The notes: a model not told the origin generated them from the letters alone. Positions 15,263 through 23,271 are shown, numbered from the stretch's first letter. The stretch is DNA of 64,000 bases from Bacteroidales bacterium (GCA_017447265.1 JAFSOA010000008.1:15167-79166); one strand, 5' to 3'. A program made the numbers and translations.

Positions 15263-15750
15263 AAAACGCCTCCGCCCATATACCATTGCTCTTGCTCTTC
15301 CTTCTTCCCTGGGTTGCTTCCTGTGGTGTTGTCCAGCCTGTGACAGGTGCAGACAACACCCGGGTGGAGGTCCGTACCGTTACCGAGACCGTCCACGACA
15401 CGGCCTGGGTAGAGCTGCCGGTCATCGTGGAGAAGGTGGCCACTCTCGATACGGCATCAGTCCTGGAGAATAAATACGCCAAATCGGCCGCTTCCGTCTC
15501 CGGAGGTGTTCTGCATCACTCCCTGCAGACAAAGCCCGTCAGGGAGCCCGTGAGCGTCGAGACAAAGATTGTTTACCGCGACTCCCTGGTGTACCGGGAC
15601 AGGATCCGGACAGAGACCGTTGAGGTGGAAAGAAAACTTTCATCCTGGCAGGCCTTCAAGATGAAGACCGGAGGCCTCACACTTACGATATTACTTATTG
15701 CAGTAATTTATATAACCTTATCCATCATCCTAAAACTTAAACCTTTATGA
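15259..15750 (+). CDS. lipoprotein with a C-terminal TM anchor, unimolecular-spanin-like
   Basis: Lipobox LPWVASC at the N-terminus and TM helix LTLTILLIAVIYITLSIILKL at the extreme C-terminus. The middle is beta-strand-rich (VEVRTVTETV, VSVETKIVYRD). ATGA overlaps on both sides. Confidence 0.6.
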   Translation: MKNASAHIPLLLLFLLPWVASCGVVQPVTGADNTRVEVRTVTETVHDTAWVELPVIVEKVATLDTASVLENKYAKSAASVSGGVLHHSLQTKPVREPVSVETKIVYRDSLVYRDRIRTETVEVERKLSSWQAFKMKTGGLTLTILLIAVIYITLSIILKLKPL

Positions 15751-16472
15751 AGTACATTCCAAGCATCGCCTTCGAGGAGATGAGCGGCAGCGCCAAGGGC
15801 GTTACGGCCGCTAAGATGAAAGGTCGCAAGTACATCAAGAACCGCGGCTACGGCAGCGGCATCCGCACCAGCGACCAGGCCAAAATCAAGGGAGTATTCA
15901 AGTCCTTGGTGACCCGCTGGAAGGCCCTTTCCAACGACCAGCTGCTCGCGTGGAACAAACTCGCGCTCAGCCAGGAAGGCCGCAGCGTCCTCGGCACCAA
16001 AGCCAAGATCTCCGGCTTCAACCTCTTCACCCGCCTCAACCACTGGGTCGTGACCCTCGGCGGGGAACTTATGACCACGCCGCCCACCCTAGTCGGCGTA
16101 GAGACTCCTTCCGGAGCCACCATCGTCTGCCAGGGTGACACCTTCACCTTCAAGCTGGACCAGGACCTCTCCGACAACGGAGGCATCTTCCTCATCATCG
16201 AGGCCACCGAAGGCCAGTCCAACGGCGTTTCCCGCGCCCACAGCAAAGCCGTCGAGATCAAGACCGTCGAAGAGCCCGACGACACCGCCATCAACATCCG
16301 TGCGGACTACGTGGCCAAGCATGGCGCCCCCAGCGCAGCTGCCCCGAAGATCTTCTTCCGCTACTACTTCGTCAACAGCGCCACCGGCGAAAAGTCCGTT
16401 TCCATGCTTGCCGAGTGCAAGTGGGAGCCCGCCGCTGCCGTACCCGAAGAGCCCGCTGGCGGCGGAGACTAA
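15747..16472 (+). CDS. uncharacterised paralog family member 3
   Basis: MKYIPSIAFEEMSGSAKGVTAAKMKGRKYIKNRGY...WKALSNDQLLAWNKLA...ISGFNLFTRLN. Basic N-terminal arm and acidic/Pro-rich tail. Translationally coupled to 15259..15750. Confidence 0.8.
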   Translation: MKYIPSIAFEEMSGSAKGVTAAKMKGRKYIKNRGYGSGIRTSDQAKIKGVFKSLVTRWKALSNDQLLAWNKLALSQEGRSVLGTKAKISGFNLFTRLNHWVVTLGGELMTTPPTLVGVETPSGATIVCQGDTFTFKLDQDLSDNGGIFLIIEATEGQSNGVSRAHSKAVEIKTVEEPDDTAINIRADYVAKHGAPSAAAPKIFFRYYFVNSATGEKSVSMLAECKWEPAAAVPEEPAGGGD

Positions 16473-16522
16473 TCATCCAGGCCGGACTCTCTGGCCTACC
16501 TAAAACCTAACCTATGAACCTG

Positions 16523-16556
16523 GCCCTCCACAGTCGCGAGATTCCGGAGGGCTTTT
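16523..16556 (+). terminator. weak terminator after paralog 3
   Basis: GCCCTCC (16523..16529) pairs with GGAGGGC (16546..16552), followed by TTTT. The loop is large at 16 nt. Confidence 0.35.
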
Positions 16557-16575
16557 AATTGTCCGTAACTTTCAC

Positions 16576-16583
16576 TACCTTTG
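16576..16583 (+). promoter_or_regulatory. -7 promoter motif upstream of the truncated paralog copy
   Basis: TACCTTTG matches TAnnTTTG. Confidence 0.4.
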
Positions 16584-16742
16584 CAAACGGGCAGTCAAAC
16601 ACGTAAAGATTCGTCAAACTTTCATTCCAAGAATCTGCCGCCGACACTTCGACGCCCCTTGTTTCTCCCTTGACCCTCTTGGACGGAATATGTACCAAGT
16701 TTGTACCAAACCCTTTGTAATCTATTGATAATCAACAAGTAA

Positions 16743-17273
16743 AAGATTCTTGCCTGGAACAAGCTGGCCCTCTCTCAGGAAGGCCGCAGCGTCCTCGGCT
16801 CCAAGGCCAAGATCTCCGGAGCCAACCTGTTCACCCGCCTTAACTACTGGATTGTCGCTTGCGGCGGCCAGCCTGAGGTGACCCCGCCTGAACTGGTGGG
16901 TGTGGAGAACCCTTCCGGCGCCACCATCGTGTGCCAGGGTGACACCTTCACCTTCAAGCTGGACCAGGCCCTGGCTGACAACGGCGGCATCTTCCTCGTG
17001 ATTGAGGCCACCGAAGGCCAGTCCAATGGTGTGAGCCGTGCTCATGCCAAGGCTTCCGCCGTGAAGCTCGTGGAAGAGCCCACCGATGCCGCCATCGACA
17101 TCCGTGCGGACTACGTGGCCAAGTACGGCGCCCCCAGCGCTGCGGCCCCGAAGATCTTCTTCCGCTACTACTTCGTCAATTCCAGCACCGGCGAGAAGTC
17201 CGGTACCATGCTGGCGGAGTGCAAGTGGGCCGCTGCTGCCGCCCAGAACGCAGACCCCGGCGACGGTGATTAA
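16743..17273 (+). pseudogene. 5'-truncated copy of paralog 3 (C-terminal ~175 codons only)
   Basis: 16749..17273 aligns colinearly with 15945..16472 at roughly 80 percent identity by eye, with substitutions of all types. The frame is open from the TAA at 16740..16742 but has no ATG. The first alternative start is GTG at 16878. Confidence 0.7.
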
Positions 17274-17308
17274 ACCATGTCAGTCCTCGTGACTGAAACC
17301 TGAACCGG

Positions 17309-17341
17309 TCAGCCCTGGCAGACGAACTCTGTCAGGGCTGA
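17309..17341. terminator. hairpin between convergent genes
   Basis: TCAGCCCTGGCAGA / TCTGTCAGGGCTGA form a 14-bp stem with 1 mismatch and a 5-nt loop, between the ends of 17273 (+) and 17366 (-). Confidence 0.5.
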
Positions 17342-17365
17342 TTCGTTAGTGTATAAAAATGGTTT

Positions 17366-17566
17366 TCAGTCGTTCTCGTCCAATTGGAAGATGGACTCAA
17401 CCGGTTTCCCAAAATGACGGGCAATCTTCAAGGCCAATACAGTAGAAGGAAGGTAACGTCCGGATTCAATGGAAATAATGGTGTTACGGCTTACGCCTAC
17501 TGCGTCGGCCAACTGTTGCTGGGTTATGTCCAGAATGGCCCTTTCTACACGAACTGTGTTTTTCAT
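17366..17566 (-). CDS. XRE-family helix-turn-helix transcriptional regulator
   Basis: 66 aa. ITQQQLADAVGVSRNTIISIESGRYLPSTVLALKIARHF is a canonical Cro/C1-type HTH. Confidence 0.9.
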   Translation of the reverse strand: MKNTVRVERAILDITQQQLADAVGVSRNTIISIESGRYLPSTVLALKIARHFGKPVESIFQLDEND

Positions 17567-18018
17567 AAGGCCTGGTCCTTTTTGGATTGACGGAGAAGCA
17601 CGCGGAAGATCAGATAGTATAAGCCAGCACCCGCTATGGGCAGGACAATAAGAAAAAGTTCACTCAAAAATGGGCTTATGGTTCCGACATTACTCGTGAA
17701 TAAATCGAGCAAATGCAACTCTAGTGTAAGGCTCAAGAGTAGGAAAACTACGAAAAGAACATAACCGGTTAGCCCCAGGGCCTTGAGTCGCAGGCCGGAG
17801 ATCATTTCGTCTTCTACCTTCTCCTTGGAGAGGGTAATGAAGAACAGCGAGGCAATGAGAACGAAGTGAGAAGATTTTGCCAGATACCAAGCCACATCAA
17901 TATTATGTGTGGTATATGAGAGGATAATCTTGGCAACTACAATGAGAGCCGTTAGGAGAAGAAGTCACCAGCCAATCTTCTGGCAGGAGTGTGGCATAAG
18001 GATACTTTTGCTATTCAT
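17563..18018 (-). pseudogene. membrane protein gene interrupted by an in-frame TGA at codon 18
   Basis: Manual translation from ATG 18018 gives MNSKSILMPHSCQKIGW*LLLLTALIVVAKIIL... in frame with the listed ORF 17563..17895, which starts at GTG. The promoter motif sits upstream of the 18018 start. Confidence 0.6.
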
Positions 18019-18046
18019 GGCGTTTACTTGAATTGTGTTCCTTGTG

Positions 18047-18054
18047 CAAAGTTA
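18047..18054 (-). promoter_or_regulatory. -7 promoter motif for the membrane-protein/XRE operon
   Basis: The minus strand reads TAACTTTG, 29 nt upstream of ATG 18018. A nearby palindrome ATGCAAA-n6-TTTGCAT (18070..18089) could be an operator. Confidence 0.45.
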
Positions 18055-18218
18055 AGCATATTTTTCATAATGCAAAATAAACTTTGCATATTTCTTATTA
18101 TTTTTTACCATAGCCCCTATGCTCTACTTTTGCCGTGATGGTGGAACGTCCCGCGAACACGGCCGGAACGCGCCAGCGCATACCGTTGCTTTTGTCAGGA
18201 ATTTGCTTTGGCTTTGCT

Positions 18219-18821
18219 TCAGTCCTGGTTGAGGCTGTCCACGTAGGCCTTGATTCCTTCAACGTGCAGCTGGACAATGGCGGCCTTTCCTTCGTCGCTG
18301 AGGAGGAACTCCAGGGACTCCTGGCAATCCATAAATCCTGATTCCGTCAGGCATGCCGCGCAGGCAGTTTTGTGGAGGATGGCGAAGTTTGCTTCCTGGT
18401 CCGGATCTCCGTCGGAATAATCGAAGCGCATCCGATGACCGGGCAGGATCTGGAGGGCGGCAGCACAAAGACAGTTGGCCAGTTTGTCTCCCTCCGTATG
18501 GCCTTTGCTCGTGTAGCAGCACCAGCCGGTGGCGTTATACCATTTGTCGCCGCGTCCGGCAGCGTTCACGTGGATGGAAACCAGACAGACGTTCCGGCGG
18601 CCAAACTCGGAGCAAACGCGGTTGACTCTTTTGCAGCGCTCTGCCAGAGAAATGTCTTCATCTTCAGGAACCAGCAGGGAAGCGTAGAAGTGTTCGGATT
18701 GGAGGGCGGCCACAACACGCCGGGCGATTTCCCGGTTGTAAGACCATTCAAGGAGACGGCCGTCAGGAGAGCGCTTTCCTGCAGTTTCACGGCCGTGTCC
18801 GTTGTCAATCAAGATTTTCAT
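18219..18821 (-). CDS. N-acetylmuramoyl-L-alanine amidase (Amidase_3-like)
   Basis: MKILIDNGHGRETAGKRSP...SIHVNAAG...NFAILHKT...ESGFM matches the zinc-amidase motif pattern. Confidence 0.85.
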   Translation of the reverse strand: MKILIDNGHGRETAGKRSPDGRLLEWSYNREIARRVVAALQSEHFYASLLVPEDEDISLAERCKRVNRVCSEFGRRNVCLVSIHVNAAGRGDKWYNATGWCCYTSKGHTEGDKLANCLCAAALQILPGHRMRFDYSDGDPDQEANFAILHKTACAACLTESGFMDCQESLEFLLSDEGKAAIVQLHVEGIKAYVDSLNQD

Positions 18822-19005
18822 AGGACATAGGGTTTAGGTTGCAGGTCGGCAGACCAAAGATAGTCAAAATTCGGAGGAAAGGGAAAAATTCGTATCTTTG
18901 CAGCGACACGTCGGTTGCCAAGCCGATATGTTAAATTTCGTACGGGGCCGGGCCGCTGTGAAGCTCCTGGCCCTTTTCAGTACACTGCGGAATATCCATT
19001 ATATT

Positions 19006-19228
19006 AGTACATTTTCAGTACATTATCACGAAAAATCAGATATAAAAAACGCCCCTCACGTATGTGAGAGACGTTTTTAGGCGGTGCGGAAGGGACCGCG
19101 AATTACGAAAATCGATATATCAATGATTTTTAGTACATTTTCAGTACATTTTGGCGAAAACTAAAACAAAAAGATGCCCCACAATTGCTTGTAAGGCATC
19201 TTTAAGCGGTGCGGACGAGACTCGAACT
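19006..19228. repeat. tandem ~126-bp duplication: AGTACATTTTCAGTACATT + terminator hairpin + tRNA 3'-end
   Basis: AGTACATTTTCAGTACATT occurs at 19006..19024 and 19132..19150. GCGGTGCGGAagggaccgcgaa (19081..19102) mimics the tRNA-Asp 3' end GCGGTGCGGAcgagactcgaac (19206..19227). Each unit carries its own hairpin. Confidence 0.8.
19160..19203 (-). terminator. rho-independent terminator of tRNA-Asp
   Basis: On the minus strand, AAAGATGCC...GGCATCTTT forms a 9-bp stem followed by TTTTTGTTTT. Confidence 0.6.
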
Positions 19229-19280
19229 CGCGACCTCCGGCGTGACAGGCCGGCATTCTAACCAGCTGAACTACCGCACC
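19207..19280 (-). tRNA. tRNA-Asp (anticodon GTC)
   Basis: Reverse complement is GGTGCGGTAGTTCAGCTGGTTAGAATGCCGGCCTGTCACGCCGGAGGTCGCGAGTTCGAGTCTCGTCCGCACCG. It folds as a cloverleaf with a 7-bp acceptor stem and anticodon loop CTGTCAC. CCA is not encoded. Confidence 0.93.
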
Positions 19281-19458
19281 ATATTTATTCGGGGCTAGCC
19301 CCGAACCCCTCGCTTCGGCCTTGTATTGCGCAGGGCTAACCCTGCCCGGCCTTCGCTAGCGGCTGATGCCGCTCGATTGGGATTGCAAAGATAGAGACTT
19401 TTTTTAAGTGTGCAAACAAAAATCAATATTTTTTTGCAATCCCAACCGGGGCGGATCG

Positions 19459-20598
19459 TCAATACTTGTGCGGGGTGTCCGAGATTTCGTCGGGCGTAAT
19501 CTTCTTCTTGTCCATCTGGCGCCAGGCGTAGATGATGTAGGCAAGCACGAAGGGGATCAACAGTGACACCCAAAACATCACCTGGAGGGTAAATTGACTG
19601 GAAGAGCTGTTGCGGATCGTGAGCGAACTCTGCAAGTCCGTGCAGGACGGGTAGTAGGCCGTGCCGTTGTAGCCGGCTACGAAGAAAACCGCCATCACGA
19701 CGAGCACCGTGCCGATGCCGGCAGGCCAGATACCGCTGCGTGACTTCGTATATCCGCCTTGGAAGATGCCCCAGAGCACCAGCACCACACCGAGCAGGCA
19801 CATCCCCAGCACGGCCGGCATCTGCAGCAGGTTGTGCAGGTATTTGAACTTCTCCAGCGACACTACGCCCGCTTCGTCCACGGCATAGCCCTGCCGTACG
19901 AGCAGGAGGAGGGTCCAGCTCAGAAAGAAAGCCAGGAAGGGGAGGAGACTGATCTTGATGCTGCGTCGCATTTGCGCGTGGATGGCCTTGTCATCCACGT
20001 TGTTCAGGACGTACAGCGCGCCCAGGACCGCGGTCAGGAACATCAGCGAGCAACCGAGCAACAGTGCGTGGTAGTTGACCAGCGCCTCAAGCCCGTGCCA
20101 GCCGTTGCCCCAGGTGCTGATGACCGGTGCGGTAGGGTCGGTGATGGCCGCTTTGTTGACCGTGAAGTCCGAACCCGTGAAGAAGGTGCCGACGGCCGTT
20201 CCGATGAGCAGGGGAGCGAGAATTCCGTTGATCATCAGGAACACGCGGAACGGCTGGCTGCCGATCAGGTTTTCCTTCTTGTTCTGGAACTCATAGGAAA
20301 CGGCCTGGAACACGAACGTGATGAGGATGAGCACCCACACCCAGTAGGCGCCGCCGAAGCTGGTGCTGTAGAAGAGCGGGAAGGAGGCGAAGAACGCGCC
20401 GCCGAAGGTAACCAGGGTGGTGAAGGTCAGCTCCCATTTACGGCCCGTGGAGTTGAGGATCATCCGTTTCTGGAGATCGGACAGGGAGCGGTTGCCCAGG
20501 TGGAGATTGGCGCCCTGCACAAACATCAGGAACACCAGCAGACCGCCCAGCAGGGAGATCAGGAACCACCAGTAATTCTGTAGGAAAGTATAGGACAT
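19459..20598 (-). CDS. cydB: cytochrome bd ubiquinol oxidase subunit II
   Basis: 379-aa polytopic protein directly downstream of cydA. N-terminus LQNYWWFLISLLGGLLVF is typical of CydB. Confidence 0.92.
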   Translation of the reverse strand: MSYTFLQNYWWFLISLLGGLLVFLMFVQGANLHLGNRSLSDLQKRMILNSTGRKWELTFTTLVTFGGAFFASFPLFYSTSFGGAYWVWVLILITFVFQAVSYEFQNKKENLIGSQPFRVFLMINGILAPLLIGTAVGTFFTGSDFTVNKAAITDPTAPVISTWGNGWHGLEALVNYHALLLGCSLMFLTAVLGALYVLNNVDDKAIHAQMRRSIKISLLPFLAFFLSWTLLLLVRQGYAVDEAGVVSLEKFKYLHNLLQMPAVLGMCLLGVVLVLWGIFQGGYTKSRSGIWPAGIGTVLVVMAVFFVAGYNGTAYYPSCTDLQSSLTIRNSSSSQFTLQVMFWVSLLIPFVLAYIIYAWRQMDKKKITPDEISDTPHKY

Positions 20599-20602
20599 GG
20601 CA

Positions 20603-22084
20603 TTATTCGTTAGGGGTTTCAGGACCTTTCCTGATGGCCCCGATCATGATGCGGAGCTCGATGATCAGGAACAGCGAGAAGATGGCCAGGAAGAGAAAGA
20701 AAGTGGTTTTGACCGCGCCGGCGCTCAGGCTGGAAATGGCCACGTTGACAGGGAGGAGGCCCTGGATGGTCCAGGGCTGGCGGCCGACTTCCGCCACGAC
20801 CCAGCCCGCCTGGCCGCAGAGGTAGACCAGCGGGATGCAGAGGATGGCGGCGATGAAGAGCCATTTCTTCCCGTCGAGTTTGTCTTTCCAGGCCAGGAAG
20901 CCTACGACCAGCAATTCCAGCAGCAGCAGCATGCCCAGACCGACCATGAGACGGAAGGCCCAGAACACCACGCCCACGGGCGGAATGACGTCTTCGGGCT
21001 TCTCGAGGTGGCCGTAGCCTATGTACTGTACGTTTTTTTCCAGCGCGTGGCGCGCCTCCGCCTTCTCCGACGGATCATCGGTGGTACGATAGAGAGACAG
21101 GGCGGCCAGTGCTTCCCGTCCCATGGCCATTTTCTCGGACACGGAAGGAATCACGTTGCCCTCGTTGTCGGTGTAGCCGTTCAGGATGTCGTTGATGCCG
21201 GGCACGTAGCCGTTGATGTCGTGCGTGGCCAGGATGGAGAGCATACCGGGAATCTGGATGCCCGGTACGATGGTGAAGGCGGCTCGCCGCCCGCCGTTCT
21301 CAAGCCCCTCGGCGGCTGCCAGTTTCATGGGCTGGAACTCGGCGGCGTGAATGCCGGAGGAGTCGCCGGAGAGCATCACGGCGAAGGAGCCGACGATACC
21401 CACGATGCTGCCGACCAGGATGCTGGCCTTGGCGAATTTACGCTGCCTCTTCTTGAGCAGGTACCAGCAGCTGATGCCCACCACGAAGACGCCGCCGGTC
21501 ACCCAGCCGCTCGTGACGGAGTGGAAGAACTTGCTCACGGCCACCGGATTGGAAATGACTTCCCAGAAAGCGGCGGCCGAGGCCATCTCGCTGCGGACGG
21601 TGTCGGGATTGAAGGTGGTGCCCACGGGGTTCTGCATCCAGCCGTTGGCCACCAGGATCCAGTAAGCGGAGATGGTGGCGCCGATGCCGGTGAGCCAGGT
21701 GGAAACCAGATGGAAGCGCTTGCCGACTTTGTCCCAGCCGAAGAACATCACGGCAAAGAAGGTGGCCTCCATGAAGAAGGCGAGGATACCCTCGATGGCG
21801 AGGGGCGCGCCGAACAGGTCGCCGACGAACCAGGAGTAGTTGCTCCAGTTCGTGCCGAATTCGAATTCCAGGATGATGCCCGTGGCAATGCCGACGGCGA
21901 AGTTGATGGCGAAGAGCTTCATCCAGAATTGGGCTGTTTTCTTCCAGAATTCATCTTCCCTGACCACGTAGAGCGTTTCCATCACGGCCATCACCATCGC
22001 CACCCCGAGGGTGAAAGGAACGAACAGCCAGTGGTAAGCGGCGGTCATTGCAAATTGAAGCCTGGACCATGCAATCACATCCAT
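20603..22084 (-). CDS. cydA: cytochrome bd ubiquinol oxidase subunit I
   Basis: LQFAMTAAYHWLFVPFTLG, EFEFGTNWSNYS and FGAPLAIEGILAFFMEATF are hallmark CydA motifs. Confidence 0.95.
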   Translation of the reverse strand: MDVIAWSRLQFAMTAAYHWLFVPFTLGVAMVMAVMETLYVVREDEFWKKTAQFWMKLFAINFAVGIATGIILEFEFGTNWSNYSWFVGDLFGAPLAIEGILAFFMEATFFAVMFFGWDKVGKRFHLVSTWLTGIGATISAYWILVANGWMQNPVGTTFNPDTVRSEMASAAAFWEVISNPVAVSKFFHSVTSGWVTGGVFVVGISCWYLLKKRQRKFAKASILVGSIVGIVGSFAVMLSGDSSGIHAAEFQPMKLAAAEGLENGGRRAAFTIVPGIQIPGMLSILATHDINGYVPGINDILNGYTDNEGNVIPSVSEKMAMGREALAALSLYRTTDDPSEKAEARHALEKNVQYIGYGHLEKPEDVIPPVGVVFWAFRLMVGLGMLLLLELLVVGFLAWKDKLDGKKWLFIAAILCIPLVYLCGQAGWVVAEVGRQPWTIQGLLPVNVAISSLSAGAVKTTFFLFLAIFSLFLIIELRIMIGAIRKGPETPNE

Positions 22085-22099
22085 AATTGTAGAAGGTAT

Positions 22100-22348
22100 T
22101 TACAGGTTGTACGTAGGGGAATCAGGGGTTTCCGGGGGTGTGGCGATGCGCTCGCCGACGACGCGGCTGCGCTCTTCGTCGCTGAGCCCGGCCATGACAG
22201 GCTTGAAGAAGAAGACGCGCAGGATGGCGAAGAGAATGAAGACCTTCAGCAGGATGAGCCAGATGAGGGGCCGCCCCCAGGTCATGTTCCGGAAGCCGTC
22301 CCGGTAGAAAAGCCAGACCGAGCTCATCATATGGCGTAAGTTTCTCAT
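22100..22348 (-). CDS. small membrane protein upstream of cydAB (DUF4492-like)
   Basis: Internal Met of the listed ORF. VWLFYRDGFRNMTWGRPLIWLILLKVFILFAILRVFFF resembles the small protein that precedes cydAB in Bacteroidetes. A TAAATTTG motif lies just upstream. The start could also be at 22330. Confidence 0.65.
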   Translation of the reverse strand: MRNLRHMMSSVWLFYRDGFRNMTWGRPLIWLILLKVFILFAILRVFFFKPVMAGLSDEERSRVVGERIATPPETPDSPTYNL

Positions 22349-22373
22349 TCTTCCCAAATTTAGGCAATAATTC

Positions 22374-22381
22374 GTATATTT
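22374..22381 (+). promoter_or_regulatory. -7 promoter motif
   Basis: TATATTTG, 23 nt upstream of ATG 22405. Confidence 0.45.
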
Positions 22382-22404
22382 GCAAAAACCAAACACTTGC
22401 TGTG

Positions 22405-23271
22405 ATGAAAAGATCGTTTCGCTCCGCCCTGTTGGCGGCCTTCCTCTGTGGCGTCCTGCTGGCGACCGGCTGCCAGGGGCCCGCACCTGAGATTCGTGTA
22501 ATGAGTTTCAACATCCGCCTTTCTCCCCGGGAAGACTTCGACGGGGACAATTGCTGGAACAACCGCCGTGAGGCCGTGATCCGTATGCTCGAAGCCTCGC
22601 AGCCCGACCTGTTCGGCATTCAGGAAGGTTACATCACGCAGGTGAACTACATGGACGAGCAGCTGCCCGCCTATGAGCGCTACGGCGTGTGCCGCGACGA
22701 CGGCCTGGAGCGGGGAGAGGCCAATGCCATCTTCTGGCGCAAGGACCGCTTCGACATGAAGCAGTGCGACACCTACTGGCTGAGCGAGACGCCCGACACG
22801 GTGTCGCTGGGCTGGGATGGCGCGTGCCGCCGCATCGTGACCTGGGCGCAGCTCTACGACAAGGCGGCAAAGCGCGACGTGTGGTACTTCAATACGCACT
22901 TCGACCACGTGGGCCAAGTGGCCCGCGAAGAGGCCGGCAAGCTCATCATGGAGCGGATGAACGGGATGATGAAGGAGGGGGATGTCGTGTTCCTGACGGG
23001 CGATTTCAATGCCAACTGGGACAATCCGATCCTGCTTCCGATCCGGGCCGAACTGCAGAACTGCCGCGAAACGGCGCCCGTAACGACCGATGCGAATACC
23101 TTCAACGGCTGGGGCAAAAAAGACGTTCCGGCCGGTACGGACATCATTGACCACATTTTCTATCGCGGTGCGGAAGCCGTCTCGTACGAGCTTCTGGACG
23201 GCGATTACGGTGTACCCTTCATCTCCGACCACTGGCCGGTGCTGGGCACCTTCCGCTACGAATCCAAATAA
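22405..23271 (+). CDS. endonuclease/exonuclease/phosphatase (EEP) family lipoprotein
   Basis: Lipobox LATGC. Motifs SFNIR, FGIQE, NTHFDH, GDFN and SDHWPV. Confidence 0.88.
   Translation: MKRSFRSALLAAFLCGVLLATGCQGPAPEIRVMSFNIRLSPREDFDGDNCWNNRREAVIRMLEASQPDLFGIQEGYITQVNYMDEQLPAYERYGVCRDDGLERGEANAIFWRKDRFDMKQCDTYWLSETPDTVSLGWDGACRRIVTWAQLYDKAAKRDVWYFNTHFDHVGQVAREEAGKLIMERMNGMMKEGDVVFLTGDFNANWDNPILLPIRAELQNCRETAPVTTDANTFNGWGKKDVPAGTDIIDHIFYRGAEAVSYELLDGDYGVPFISDHWPVLGTFRYESK

Noticed and set aside
15747-17273. Diversity-generating retroelement (template/variable repeat) explanation for the full and truncated paralog copies
   Set aside because: Differences between the copies involve all nucleotide types rather than adenine-specific changes, and no reverse transcriptase gene is present in the window.
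17965-17967. Island-wide TGA-to-Trp recoding (alternative genetic code, as in some gut phages)
   Set aside because: Neighbouring island genes (12259..12981, 14966..15262, 15259..15750, 17366..17566) terminate cleanly at TGA with sensible lengths and overlaps. TGA therefore functions as a stop here.
19386-19393. TATCTTTG motif (minus strand) as the tRNA-Asp promoter
   Set aside because: It lies about 100 nt upstream of the mature 5' end and inside an 11-bp inverted repeat (GGGATTGCAAA / TTTGCAATCCC) that more likely terminates cydB. It is possible but not supportable.
20597-22339. 580-aa + strand ORF, and similar very long ORFs at 42306..45338 (-), 31742..34381 (-), 24327..25670 (-), 13160..14263 (-) and 11998..12978 (-)
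   Set aside because: They lie antisense to genes with unmistakable motifs (cydA, mnmA/beta-lactamase-like, S9 peptidase, CoA-transferase, paralog genes). Their translations are Gly/Arg/Asp/His/Ala-rich, the usual stop-poor shadow frames of GC-rich coding DNA.
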